From the IMG/VR virus record IMGVR_UViG_3300025141_015636: 63,076 nucleotides of DNA; one strand, given 5' to 3'. Shown here one piece after another: positions 48,849 to 58,622 of the stretch; the stretch's first letter is position 1, and each line of letters opens with the position of its first letter. This DNA comes from an uncultured virus (IMG/VR IMGVR_UViG_3300025141_015636). Taxonomy: Duplodnaviria; Heunggongvirae; Uroviricota; Caudoviricetes. Made by a program: the position numbers and the translations under genes. The notes under the pieces are model-generated. The model worked only from the letters and a program-made list of their open reading frames with translations, made no database searches and was not told the origin of the DNA.

Positions 48849-49319
48849 ATGAGTCCTTGCTGGTTTACAGGTTCAGGAGAATCGATATCTCTAAAAGAGA
48901 TATTTCAAAATATTGATGAATATGCCGCGCGCGGCGGAAAAATTTTTATAGGTACAGATAGCCAGCTAAAAAATGAAGCATGTGTCTTTGCCACAGCAAT
49001 ATGTTTACATGGAGCGAAAGGAGAGGGCGGCGGAAAATACTTTGTTAAAAGGTTTTCAGATACATGCAATTCAAATTCAGTCCTAAGATTAAGAATGATG
49101 AAAGAGGTTCAGCACTCAGTCGATATAGGCTTGAGAGTTCTTGAAAGAAATCAGGATGCAGAGATAGAGTTACATATAGATGTAGGTTCAAGCCCAAGAT
49201 CAAAGACAAGAGGCTATGTTGATTATCTAAAAGGATGGGCAACAGCTGTTGGATTTCCGTGTAAAATAAAGCCCAATGCTTGGGCTTCTGCTTCGGTAGC
49301 AGATAAACATACAAAGTAG
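48849..49319 (+). CDS. RNase H-like YkuK (DUF458) family protein
   Basis: IFIGTDSQ, EVQHS, ELHIDVG, KIKPNAWASASVADKH. Confidence 0.85.
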   Translation: MSPCWFTGSGESISLKEIFQNIDEYAARGGKIFIGTDSQLKNEACVFATAICLHGAKGEGGGKYFVKRFSDTCNSNSVLRLRMMKEVQHSVDIGLRVLERNQDAEIELHIDVGSSPRSKTRGYVDYLKGWATAVGFPCKIKPNAWASASVADKHTK

Positions 49320-49439
49320 GCGTTATTATACCCCTAGATAGCTTCACGTCAGCTCTGGTTAAAAGGTAACAGTAATAATGATAATATACATTGGTAATGA
49401 TTTCATGTACCCTGGTGTTAAAAAATCAGATTTAAATAC

Positions 49440-49468
49440 GTGTAAATTGAGAATTAATGTTTTATATT
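49440..49468 (+). promoter_or_regulatory. Sigma-70-like promoter for tilS-guaB
   Basis: GTGTAA-17 bp-TATATT. Confidence 0.6.
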
Positions 49469-49482
49469 AATACCATATAGAA

Positions 49483-50088
49483 ATGATTAAGCTAATTGGC
49501 AAAGTTCCCAGCGATATTTATGTAGCCTGCAGTGGCGGTGCAGATTCAATGGCAGCACTTGATTTTCTCTCAAATAGTAAAAGAAAGATCACCGTTATCC
49601 ACTTTGATCATGGCACAGAGTATGGATCAATTGCAAGAAAAGTTGTTAGAAGCTATTGCGAAAGTTCAAAAATTGATATGGTTGTACATGAAATAAAAGG
49701 ATCTCCAGGAAAAAATGAATCACTTGAAGCGTGGTGGCGAGATCAGAGATATGAGGTTCTTAATAGTCTAGACAAGACTGTTGTGACTGGTCACAATCTA
49801 AATGATGTTGCAGAATGGTGGATTTTTACGTCACTTAGGGGAAACCCAAGATTAATGCCTCAATCAACTTTAAATGTTATCAAGCCATTTCTACTCACAG
49901 AGAAGAAAAGCTTGGAACTCTGGTGTGATAGAAATGATATTCAATATGCAATTGATCCATCAAATTTCGGAAATAGATTTTCACGATCTAAAATTAGACA
50001 GAAAATTATGCCGGAAGCTTTATCTATTAATCCAGGATTTTTAACTGTAATGTCAAAGAAAATTAAGGAGAGATTCTGTGAGACTTAA
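49483..50088 (+). CDS. tilS: tRNA(Ile)-lysidine synthase, catalytic PP-loop domain only
   Basis: VACSGGADS, HFDHG, RY, TGHNLND, DPSN, RSKIR. Confidence 0.8.
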   Translation: MIKLIGKVPSDIYVACSGGADSMAALDFLSNSKRKITVIHFDHGTEYGSIARKVVRSYCESSKIDMVVHEIKGSPGKNESLEAWWRDQRYEVLNSLDKTVVTGHNLNDVAEWWIFTSLRGNPRLMPQSTLNVIKPFLLTEKKSLELWCDRNDIQYAIDPSNFGNRFSRSKIRQKIMPEALSINPGFLTVMSKKIKERFCET

Positions 50089-51094
50089 AGATTGCATTTC
50101 ATTTGACGACGTTCTTCTTGTGCCAAAATATAGCGAGATAATGTCTAGAAGAGAGATAAGCCTAAATTCAAAACTTGATAACAAAATAGAATTAAATTTA
50201 CCAATTATATCTTCACCTATGGATACCGTAACAGAGGATAAGATGGTAAATTCAATGAGTAATCATGGTGGATTAGGGATAATTCATAGGTATAATTCAA
50301 TTGAAAAACAGGTTGATATAGTATCTTCTTGCAACGAATCTTCAAATATTGGTGCAGCTATAGGTGTAACTGGTGACTATCTAGATCGAGCAATTAAGTT
50401 AAGAAATGCAGGAGCAAATATTATATGTGTTGATATAGCTCACGGACATCATGCAATGATGAGGCATGCATTGCAAGTATTGCGAAATACGTTTGGAAAT
50501 GATTTACACATAATGGCTGGCAATGTTGCTACTCTTGAAGCATTCAATGATTTAGCAGACTGGGGAGCTACATCAATTAGGGTTGGAATTGGAGGCGGAT
50601 CTATTTGCTCTACGAGAATACAAACAGGCCACGGAATGCCTACACTTCAATCAGTCATAGAATGCTCCATGTCAGATAGAAGCGCAGCATTAATTGCAGA
50701 CGGTGGTATAAAAAATAGCGGAGATATTGTTAAGTGTCTTGCAGTAGGTGCAGACTTTGTTATGCTAGGATCAATACTCTCAGGAACAAGTCAATCACCA
50801 GGAGATGTAATTTTTGAAAGCGATGGCTCAAAATCAAAGGTTTATAGGGGTATGGCTAGTAAAGATGCACAAATGAACTGGAGAGGACATACATCTTCAG
50901 TAGAAGGTGTAACATCAAAAGTTGGATTCAAGGGTGATATTGACAATATAATGAAAGACTTAAAGACAAATATACGTAGTGGATTATCATATACAGGTGC
51001 AACAACTATCACAGAGCTTCAATCAAAATCTACTTTTATAAGACAGACAACTGCAGGCGCAATTGAAAGTAGCACACATATTTTTAAGGTATAA
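50078..51094 (+). CDS. guaB: IMP dehydrogenase / GMP reductase family, no CBS domains
   Basis: FDDVLLVP, SPMDTVT, AGNVAT, GIGGGSICSTR, IADGGI, YRGMAS. Confidence 0.85.
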   Translation: MRLKDCISFDDVLLVPKYSEIMSRREISLNSKLDNKIELNLPIISSPMDTVTEDKMVNSMSNHGGLGIIHRYNSIEKQVDIVSSCNESSNIGAAIGVTGDYLDRAIKLRNAGANIICVDIAHGHHAMMRHALQVLRNTFGNDLHIMAGNVATLEAFNDLADWGATSIRVGIGGGSICSTRIQTGHGMPTLQSVIECSMSDRSAALIADGGIKNSGDIVKCLAVGADFVMLGSILSGTSQSPGDVIFESDGSKSKVYRGMASKDAQMNWRGHTSSVEGVTSKVGFKGDIDNIMKDLKTNIRSGLSYTGATTITELQSKSTFIRQTTAGAIESSTHIFKV

Positions 51095-51096
51095 AG

Positions 51097-51264
51097 ATGT
51101 TTGACATTAGTTCAAAAACAATTAAATGTATTCTACTTGTAATTGCAGTTTCATGCTCACTGGCAGCAGTTGTGCTAGATGATATTTTAATTTGTATATT
51201 CTGTCAGGCAGCTGTTGTAACTTGTTCGTACCTTTTAGGATGTGTAGAATCACAAAGTTTTTAA
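51097..51264 (+). CDS. Small hydrophobic Cys-rich protein (absent from the ORF track)
   Basis: 55-aa ORF directly after guaB. Confidence 0.4.
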   Translation: MFDISSKTIKCILLVIAVSCSLAAVVLDDILICIFCQAAVVTCSYLLGCVESQSF

Positions 51265-51378
51265 AAAAAATAAAAAAAAGGGTGTTCAATTTCAAAAATG
51301 TGATTATCTTTAATGCGTAGCTAGATCAAATATGAATAGCTACAGCGCTTAGACTGATAATCAGATAAGGAGAAAAAA

Positions 51379-51861
51379 ATGAGTGCAATTATTAGACGTT
51401 CTTTTCCTGCGAGAACATTAACAAAGCAGGAATTTCTAACACCATTCGATCGTATCTTTGATGATATGATTAATAATATGTTTCCAACATTTGCAAATGA
51501 TCTTGGAGAAGATTTTTTTGCCAGGGGATCTTATCCCAAGGTTAACGTAATTAACCATGACGATAAGATCACCATCGATGCGGCAATCCCGGGAATGAAG
51601 AGAAGTGATATCGATATACATGTGACTGATAGCGTTCTTACTATACAAGGGAATAGCAATCAAAGTAGCAATATTGAAGACAGTCAATATGTTAAGAGAG
51701 AGATTAAGCGATCCGGATTTAGACGATCATTTAAACTAGGGGATAATCTTGATGAAGATCAAGTAACTGCAAAGTTTGATAGCGGAATTTTAACACTTGA
51801 AATTCCAAAGGTGAAACCAGATAATATCGAACCAACAGTTAGAAAGATCGAGATCAAGTAA
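51379..51861 (+). CDS. Small heat-shock protein Hsp20
   Basis: YPKVNV, AIPG, FRRSF.L, AKFDSGILTLEIPK, RKIEI. Confidence 0.92.
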   Translation: MSAIIRRSFPARTLTKQEFLTPFDRIFDDMINNMFPTFANDLGEDFFARGSYPKVNVINHDDKITIDAAIPGMKRSDIDIHVTDSVLTIQGNSNQSSNIEDSQYVKREIKRSGFRRSFKLGDNLDEDQVTAKFDSGILTLEIPKVKPDNIEPTVRKIEIK

Positions 51862-51869
51862 CTATTTTC

Positions 51870-51892
51870 GGCCACCTCTAAATGAGGTGGCC
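51870..51892 (+). other. Strong intergenic hairpin between hsp20 and dnaK
   Basis: ggccacctc-taaat-gaggtggcc; no T tract on the + strand. Confidence 0.7.
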
Positions 51893-51926
51893 ATAACTGT
51901 ATGAACATAAAAGGAGATTTTAAAAA

Positions 51927-53798
51927 ATGGGAAAAGTTATAGGAATAGATTTAGGAACAACGAACTCAGCAGTTGCTGTAATCGAAGGAAAGGAGCCAAA
52001 GGTTCTGACAAACGAAGAGGGCACACGAACGACTCCTTCAATTGTCGGATACACTAGCGACGGAGACAGGCTTGTAGGTGCGTCTGCACGGAGACAGGCT
52101 GTTACAAACCCTGAGAATACAATTTATTCTGCAAAGAGATTTATGGGAATGAAGTTCAACGAAGTAAAGTCAGAGCTTGAAAAAGTTCCATATAAAATAA
52201 TCAAGGGTGACGGGGGATCGTGTAAAATAGAAGCCGGCGGAAAGAAGCTATCGCCTCAAGAAATCAGCGCACAAGTTCTAATTAAACTAAAGAGATCTGC
52301 TGAGAGGTATCTTGGTCATGAGGTAACTGAGGCTGTAATTACAGTTCCTGCATACTTCAATGATAGTCAGAGGCAAGCAACAAAAGATGCGGGTAAAATT
52401 GCAGGACTTGATGTTAAGAGAATTATAAACGAGCCAACGGCGGCTGCTCTTGCTTACGGGCTTGACAAACAGGGCGAGAGAAACGTAGCTGTTTATGATC
52501 TTGGTGGTGGCACATTCGATATATCAATACTTGATATTTCTGACGGAGTTGTCGAAGTTTTAAGTACAAACGGAGATACACACCTTGGTGGAGATGATGT
52601 TGATCAGATACTCATAGATTGGATTCTGGGATCATTCAAATCAGATACTGGTATTGACCTATTCTCTGATAACATGGTGCTACAGAGGGTAAGAGAGGCA
52701 GCAGAGAAAGCAAAGATAGAGCTTTCAAGCGCTCAAAAGACAGATATCAACCTTCCATTCCTAACTGCTAATTCGACAGGGCCAAAGCATCTTGTTACAT
52801 CACTAACACGAGCTGATTTTGAAAAGATGATAGATGAATTTGTATCAAAGACAATGGTTCCAGTTAAGAAAGCTTTGAAGGACGCAAGTCTTAAAGTAGG
52901 CGATATTGATGAGGTTATACTTGTAGGTGGGTCTACGAGAATTCCGCAGGTTCGAGCAACAGTTGAAAAGTTCTTCAAAAAATCTGCAAACTCATCAGTG
53001 AATCCAGATGAAGTAGTTGCAATGGGTGCTGCTGTTCAGGGTGGTGTATTTTCGGGAGATGTTAACGATATACTGTTATTAGATGTTACACCTCTATCGC
53101 TAGGAATTGAGACACTTGGCGGTGTGATGACAAGACTAATAGACAGAAATACGACAATTCCTTGCTCTAAGAGTGAGACGTTTAGTACTGCTACTGATAA
53201 TCAACCTGCTGTTGATATCAATGTTTTACAAGGTGAGAGAGATTTTGCATCTGATAATAGAACACTTGGAAACTTTAAGCTAGACGGAATCCCACCTTCA
53301 CCGAGAGGTTTGCCACAGATTGAGGTTACCTTTGATATTGATGCAAATGGAATTGTTAGTGTTTCTGCAAAGGATAAGGCTACGGGCAAAGAGCAGTCAA
53401 TTACTATCACAGGCGGAGAATCTCTTAGCGATGAAGAGGTTGAATCAATGATTCACGATGCAGAAGCTAATGAGGAGGCTGATAAGATGAGGCGAGAGAT
53501 TATCGAGTCTCGAAATAAGCTTGATAGCCTTGTATATCAATCTGAAAAATTTGTAAGTGAGAATAGTGAAAAGGTATCGCCCGAATCAATTGAAAGTATT
53601 AATTCGCTCCTTCAGACAGCAAAAGAATCTTTGGATTCAGATGATGTAGACTCAATTAACTCATCTTTTGAATCTTTGCAAACTGCTCTACATGCTGCTG
53701 GATCTGAGTTGTATAGTCAAGCTTCACAGTCTCAAGATGATGTAGGTAAACAGACCGGCGATGAAGAAGTCGTAGATGTTGACCTTGACGAACAGTGA
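51927..53798 (+). CDS. dnaK: Chaperone DnaK (Hsp70)
   Basis: [44 protein letters not shown]. Confidence 0.97.
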   Translation: MGKVIGIDLGTTNSAVAVIEGKEPKVLTNEEGTRTTPSIVGYTSDGDRLVGASARRQAVTNPENTIYSAKRFMGMKFNEVKSELEKVPYKIIKGDGGSCKIEAGGKKLSPQEISAQVLIKLKRSAERYLGHEVTEAVITVPAYFNDSQRQATKDAGKIAGLDVKRIINEPTAAALAYGLDKQGERNVAVYDLGGGTFDISILDISDGVVEVLSTNGDTHLGGDDVDQILIDWILGSFKSDTGIDLFSDNMVLQRVREAAEKAKIELSSAQKTDINLPFLTANSTGPKHLVTSLTRADFEKMIDEFVSKTMVPVKKALKDASLKVGDIDEVILVGGSTRIPQVRATVEKFFKKSANSSVNPDEVVAMGAAVQGGVFSGDVNDILLLDVTPLSLGIETLGGVMTRLIDRNTTIPCSKSETFSTATDNQPAVDINVLQGERDFASDNRTLGNFKLDGIPPSPRGLPQIEVTFDIDANGIVSVSAKDKATGKEQSITITGGESLSDEEVESMIHDAEANEEADKMRREIIESRNKLDSLVYQSEKFVSENSEKVSPESIESINSLLQTAKESLDSDDVDSINSSFESLQTALHAAGSELYSQASQSQDDVGKQTGDEEVVDVDLDEQ

Positions 53799-53799
53799 T

Positions 53800-55065
53800 T
53801 TAGCTTCCTATTTCATACCAGCTATTTGCCCCGTCTGATATAAGCTTTTTCCAGCTTGCAGGCGTGGGCAAGTTCATTGATGTTGTCAATGGGTTTCCGT
53901 CTATATTGTCACCTGAAGATACAGTGATAGTTATTGCATTGACGTCACAGTAGCCAGCTGCGTCTTTGATTGTCAATACCATTCCTGGGTTGTCACTTGC
54001 ATCCGGAAGCGTTAGTGTTATTGCACTATCAATACCTCCTTGTGCTGTTTGTCGTGTGTTTATAAGAATAACGCAGTCTGTTACTGCTATGGAGTATGTC
54101 GACCCTGGATCGTTAGCAGCATTAATACTTAAGACGCTCAGTGCTATTGAGCCAACAACAGACAGCGTAGATTTTGGTGAAGTTGTTCCAATTCCCACCT
54201 TTCCATCCTGACCTATAGACATTCTTGTAGAACTGCTTTTGAAGTTTAGATTATCATTAGTGTAATCGTTGTAGACAATCCATTTTCGAGTACCGTTCTC
54301 ATAAAGTTCTAACCCCGGATGACTGTCAACATCTCCATCGATCTTAATTCTGGGATCCTCTCCGACAACTTTAACATCGCCATCAACATGCAATTCACAA
54401 TCAGGAGATCCTACACCATTGATCCCCACTCTGTTATTCGATGCATCAAAGAAAAACCCGGGATTTCCTTCGTTGGAACCGTTACCCTTGACAACAAAGT
54501 CAATATTGTTTCCTCCATCGTTAAGCGTAATTTCGTGGGGTGCAGAACCTTTTTCCTCCAGGGTGACCATCGCTTTGTTACCCGCCTTCAGGGTTATCTT
54601 ATCATTTGCAAAATCTAAATACGTGTCGGCATCTCCAAGATGTTGAAGTCTTTTGGAAATCGCGATATCTGCCGTGTGAGATGAATTATCGATTCCCACC
54701 ACAAAAGTACCGGCACCCATGCTATCGACACCGTCAGGGCCAAAGCCAAACCTACCATCAGCCCTGGCTCTAAAGATAATATCTCCATCACCGTCTTCCA
54801 TTTCTAGTATTCGTGTTCCAGATCCGTTTCCGTCTGTGGATAATTTTAAAACATGTCCTGCTGAACTTGCGTCATTGTCGATCGTAGCAACATATTGATT
54901 TGCAATACTAGAGTAAACTCCCAAAGCAGTTATTGACTCTGAGCCAGATATTGCAATACTTCCTGTAACAACAAATGCTTTATTATCTACACCTGCACTC
55001 CCTGAAACTATAAGACCTTCTGAAAATCTCATTGTTCCTGTTCCCATATTTTTTATTTTCGGCAT
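53800..55065 (-). CDS. Tail-fibre / receptor-binding-like structural protein
   Basis: Gly/Asn/Ser-rich beta repeats (RVGING, KVGIGTTSP, LHVDG), ITLTLPDA...IKD C-terminal module. Confidence 0.65.
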   Translation of the reverse strand: MPKIKNMGTGTMRFSEGLIVSGSAGVDNKAFVVTGSIAISGSESITALGVYSSIANQYVATIDNDASSAGHVLKLSTDGNGSGTRILEMEDGDGDIIFRARADGRFGFGPDGVDSMGAGTFVVGIDNSSHTADIAISKRLQHLGDADTYLDFANDKITLKAGNKAMVTLEEKGSAPHEITLNDGGNNIDFVVKGNGSNEGNPGFFFDASNNRVGINGVGSPDCELHVDGDVKVVGEDPRIKIDGDVDSHPGLELYENGTRKWIVYNDYTNDNLNFKSSSTRMSIGQDGKVGIGTTSPKSTLSVVGSIALSVLSINAANDPGSTYSIAVTDCVILINTRQTAQGGIDSAITLTLPDASDNPGMVLTIKDAAGYCDVNAITITVSSGDNIDGNPLTTSMNLPTPASWKKLISDGANSWYEIGS

Positions 55066-55077
55066 TAAAATCTCCTA

Positions 55078-55106
55078 TTGTAAACGAAGTCAGTGTGTTG
55101 TATAAT
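55078..55106 (+). promoter_or_regulatory. Sigma-70-like promoter for the DinG helicase
   Basis: TTGTAA-17 bp-TATAAT. Confidence 0.7.
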
Positions 55107-55138
55107 TTAATTATCTCTGAGGAATTATAGAAACATAG

Positions 55139-56761
55139 ATGAATAGATTTTTATATGATAACTTTTTTCCATATGACGCAATTAGAGAGTCTCAGCGAGC
55201 TGCAATAGATTTCTCTCTTAATGCAATAATAAATAATAAAAAGAAATTTGTTATAATTGAAGCCGGAACAGGTGTGGGAAAATCAGCAATAGGATTAACT
55301 ATTGCAAGATATATCTCAAGAAATAGTTTGTCATCAGAAGACTATGCGCCGGGATCTTATTTTATAACAACACAGAAGCTTTTGCAAGATCAGTATATTC
55401 ATGACTTTAATACAATGGTTTCACTCAAGTCTTCTTCCAATTATAAGTGTTCATATCATAAAAGAAATAATTGCTCAGAAAGCCAAAACTTATTAAAGAC
55501 TGCTGAAAGATCATCTAGATTTTTTAAGTCATGTTCTTTCAATTGCAACTATAAAAATCAAAAGACAAAATTTCTTGAATCAAAAGAAAGTGTGACAAAT
55601 TTTCCATACTTTCTAACAGAGGCAAACTATAGTGGAAAGATAACACCACGAAAAGTTCTTGTTGTTGATGAGGGACACAATATTGAATCAGAGCTATCAA
55701 GATTTGTAGAAATATCAGTTTCAAGTTATTTTGCAAAATCACTTCTTGGACTAAAGTTTCCCACTAATCCGACACAGTTTAAAGTTTTTTCGTGGATAAA
55801 AGATGAATATCTTCCCGCAATTACAAAAAAGATAAGATTCTTTGAGAGATCAATTGAAAAATTTGGCGGAGAGAAGTTTAGAGAAAAGCTGAATCAGTTT
55901 AAAAAAATAGTGAAACAACATGACATGTTAAAAAGTCATGTATCAAAGATAGAATCATTTGTTAAGATATATCAAAGAGATAATTGGGTTTTTGATATAT
56001 CAAAAACTGATGTAAGAGGATCGCCAAAAGCTACATTCAAACCCATAGATGTTTCTCCATATGCATATGATTCTCTATTCTATCTTGGGGAAAAGATTAT
56101 AATTATGAGTGCAACAATCATGAATAGGAATGTTTTTTGCCAGACTCTTGGAATTCCAGAATCTGATTGTGACTTTGTAAGCATTCCTTCACCATTCAAG
56201 CCAGAGAATAGGCCGGTTATGGCTTGCCCAGTTGGAAGCATGAGTGCAAAAAATATAGACGATACTTTACCAAGGCTAGCAAAAGCTGTTCATGAGATTC
56301 TTAGCACACACAAGTTAGACAAAGGAATTATACATTGCAAAACATTTAAAATTGCAAACTATCTAAAGTACAATCTAAAAGATAGCAGGCTTCTTATTCA
56401 CGACTCATCAAATAGGGATGAGATTTTAAATAAACATATTAGATCAAAAAAGCCTACTGTTTTGTTATCACCGTCAATGACTGAGGGTGTAGATTTAAAA
56501 GATGATAGCAGTAGATTCCAAATAATATGCAAGGTTCCATACCCATATTTAGGCGACAAGCTTGTTAGAAAGAGAATGAATAAGTTTGATGGCTGGTATG
56601 ATTTGCAAACTGCAAAGACAATAGTTCAGTCAGCAGGAAGAAGTATAAGAAATAATGATGATTATGCAGTAACATATATTCTAGATTCTGATTTTGAAAG
56701 ATTTTTTAAAAGATCTAGAAAGATGTTTCCAAAAGATTTTATTGACTGTTTGAAATCTTAA
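55139..56761 (+). CDS. DinG/XPD-family SF2 helicase
   Basis: EAGTGVGKS, four-Cys cluster region, VDEGH, MSAT, EGVD, KVPYP, QSAGRSIR. Confidence 0.88.
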   Translation: MNRFLYDNFFPYDAIRESQRAAIDFSLNAIINNKKKFVIIEAGTGVGKSAIGLTIARYISRNSLSSEDYAPGSYFITTQKLLQDQYIHDFNTMVSLKSSSNYKCSYHKRNNCSESQNLLKTAERSSRFFKSCSFNCNYKNQKTKFLESKESVTNFPYFLTEANYSGKITPRKVLVVDEGHNIESELSRFVEISVSSYFAKSLLGLKFPTNPTQFKVFSWIKDEYLPAITKKIRFFERSIEKFGGEKFREKLNQFKKIVKQHDMLKSHVSKIESFVKIYQRDNWVFDISKTDVRGSPKATFKPIDVSPYAYDSLFYLGEKIIIMSATIMNRNVFCQTLGIPESDCDFVSIPSPFKPENRPVMACPVGSMSAKNIDDTLPRLAKAVHEILSTHKLDKGIIHCKTFKIANYLKYNLKDSRLLIHDSSNRDEILNKHIRSKKPTVLLSPSMTEGVDLKDDSSRFQIICKVPYPYLGDKLVRKRMNKFDGWYDLQTAKTIVQSAGRSIRNNDDYAVTYILDSDFERFFKRSRKMFPKDFIDCLKS

Positions 56762-56762
56762 G

Positions 56763-56791
56763 TTGTACAATAAGAAATTAAAATTTATAAT
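56763..56791 (+). promoter_or_regulatory. Sigma-70-like promoter for GIY-YIG
   Basis: TTGTAC-17 bp-TATAAT. Confidence 0.65.
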
Positions 56792-56806
56792 TTAAATGTA
56801 ATATAG

Positions 56807-57070
56807 ATGAAACTTTCTTCTAAAAACTGGTTCGTATATCTTGTTGAGTGTAATGATAGCACTTATTATTGCGGAATAACGACAGATATCAATAGACGGA
56901 TTTTAGAACACAATGAATCAAAAAGAGGATCTAAGTATACAAGAAGCAGGCGGCCAGTAAGGTTGTTAGGATTTAAGAGTTGCAAAAGCAGATCCGAAGC
57001 TTCAGTATTAGAAATTAAGATTAAAAAAATGAAGCGCACAGAAAAGCTATTATTTTTCTCTTCTCTTTAG
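56807..57070 (+). CDS. Small GIY-YIG nuclease
   Basis: FVYLVEC...YYCGIT.D..RR..EHN...KYTR. Confidence 0.88.
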   Translation: MKLSSKNWFVYLVECNDSTYYCGITTDINRRILEHNESKRGSKYTRSRRPVRLLGFKSCKSRSEASVLEIKIKKMKRTEKLLFFSSL

Positions 57071-57083
57071 ATAATTATCTAGT

Positions 57084-57743
57084 ATGACTACTTACAAACA
57101 AATATTCAACGAATGGAAACGTCTCCTATCTGAAGAAAATGAAGTTGAAAGTCTAAGAATACTTGACTTCGATGAGACAATAGCGTGGACGGGTGAGTCT
57201 GTATTTATTAGAGATGCAGATGGTAATATTGCTGAAGAGCTAGATTCAAGTGAATTTAAAGATCATGATCTAACTCCTGAACAAATAGATCTAGGCTACT
57301 ACTATGACTTTTCAGAGTTTGATGATGTTGATATAGAAAAGGCTGTTGCAAACAATTATGTTACTTCAATACTTAGAAATTTTATATCTGCTGACAATCC
57401 AGAAAAGAGAATAATACTAATCTTGACTGCAAGAAGTCAAGAAGCTGAATCTGGAATACGAAATCTTCTTGGTTATCTTGGTTTAGAAAGCCCTAATATA
57501 GATATTGTAGGTGTCGGAACTTCAAGAGCTGAGAAGAAAGTTGACAAAGTTCGTGAATATCTTGAGCTAAATCCACAAATAGAAAGAGTGAGCTTCTTTG
57601 ATGATTCTGGCGAAAATGTATATGCTATGGCTTCTTTTCTACAAGATTATAAAAACGTTCGACCAGGGTTGAAGTATGATGTAGCTGTTGTCAATGAAGA
57701 CGGAACACTTACAAGAATAAAAGAAGAAGGAATTATTTTATGA
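57084..57743 (+). CDS. HAD-superfamily phosphatase with leader (PNKP 3'-phosphatase-like)
   Basis: LDFDETI, ILTARS, K, FFDDS; N-terminal IFNEWKRLLSEE. Confidence 0.7.
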   Translation: MTTYKQIFNEWKRLLSEENEVESLRILDFDETIAWTGESVFIRDADGNIAEELDSSEFKDHDLTPEQIDLGYYYDFSEFDDVDIEKAVANNYVTSILRNFISADNPEKRIILILTARSQEAESGIRNLLGYLGLESPNIDIVGVGTSRAEKKVDKVREYLELNPQIERVSFFDDSGENVYAMASFLQDYKNVRPGLKYDVAVVNEDGTLTRIKEEGIIL

Positions 57744-57937
57744 TAAAAGTAGGAGACAGGGTATTTCCAGTACACCTTATGGGAAATAAAGGAACTGTTA
57801 TAAAAGAAGAATTTGAAAAGTCAAAACAATGGTTTGTTGGAGGGGTTTCTTCAATGATAAGATTCTTGACAGTTAAGCACGATAGTGGTGATGTAAAGAA
57901 ATATTATGTTGAAGATTTGATGAGGTTTGATGAATAG
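57740..57937 (+). CDS. Small SH3/KOW-like hypothetical protein
   Basis: IKVGDRV...GTV pattern. Confidence 0.55.
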   Translation: MIKVGDRVFPVHLMGNKGTVIKEEFEKSKQWFVGGVSSMIRFLTVKHDSGDVKKYYVEDLMRFDE

Positions 57938-58307
57938 CGTGCAAACAGGTATTATAAAAAAAATTATAAAAGATTCGATACCCGAGCTTAGATCTGCTAT
58001 GGAAGAGATCAATAAAATCAAAGAAGATATCAGTGGTATTAAAGAATCTCTATCTAGAATAGAAAGAAGCCTTTCGATATCTTGTGAAAAATATGACAGT
58101 GATATTGTGCAAAACAATATAACAAAAGAAGAGATTGAAGATTTTTTACTAGTTGAAAAGAGTATAGCTCATAGTATAGAAAAACCAGGAATTCTAAAGA
58201 CTATTTTTTCAAAAATATTTAATAGGGACAATATTGAGCTTTTTCTATCTATTTCTAGCTTAGTTGTATCTGTATCAGTTGCAATACTTGTCATTATGTG
58301 GATATAG
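57927..58307 (+). CDS. Coiled-coil protein with C-terminal TM segment
   Basis: Heptad pattern and hydrophobic C-terminus. Confidence 0.55.
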   Translation: MMNSVQTGIIKKIIKDSIPELRSAMEEINKIKEDISGIKESLSRIERSLSISCEKYDSDIVQNNITKEEIEDFLLVEKSIAHSIEKPGILKTIFSKIFNRDNIELFLSISSLVVSVSVAILVIMWI

Positions 58308-58358
58308 CTTACATGTAAAATAGCACTTCTTATGTTAAAATAATAGAAGGAAGCTGTT

Positions 58359-58622
58359 GTGAAAATTCCAAAGAGTGTTAAGAAAGACCTAAAGAAAAAA
58401 ATAAAAAATAGTGATAGGTCTAAGAAGATAGTAAAGTGGAATGTTGAAGTCGGTGATCTTGTAAGATGCAATGACTCGACTGTTGGAATTGTTATTGAGA
58501 AAAGATGCTCTAAAAATCAAACAAGCCTTCTTGTTTTTGGATCGAAGGGAAAGTTCTGGATAGATGCAGCTAAGGCAAGAAATGTATCAGAAAACATACC
58601 CGTGCAAAATGATTTAAAATAG
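58359..58622 (+). CDS. Small SH3/KOW-like hypothetical protein
   Basis: VGDLV...GIVIE; own promoter at 58313-58341. Confidence 0.55.
   Translation: MKIPKSVKKDLKKKIKNSDRSKKIVKWNVEVGDLVRCNDSTVGIVIEKRCSKNQTSLLVFGSKGKFWIDAAKARNVSENIPVQNDLK

Noticed and set aside
51870..51892. CIRCE operator before dnaK
   Set aside because: The inverted repeat does not match TTAGCACTC-N9-GAGTGCTAA; kept only as a hairpin.
56807..57070. GIY-YIG as a mobile homing endonuclease
   Set aside because: Only 87 aa with no DNA-binding extension; it resembles the small stand-alone YhbQ-type family.
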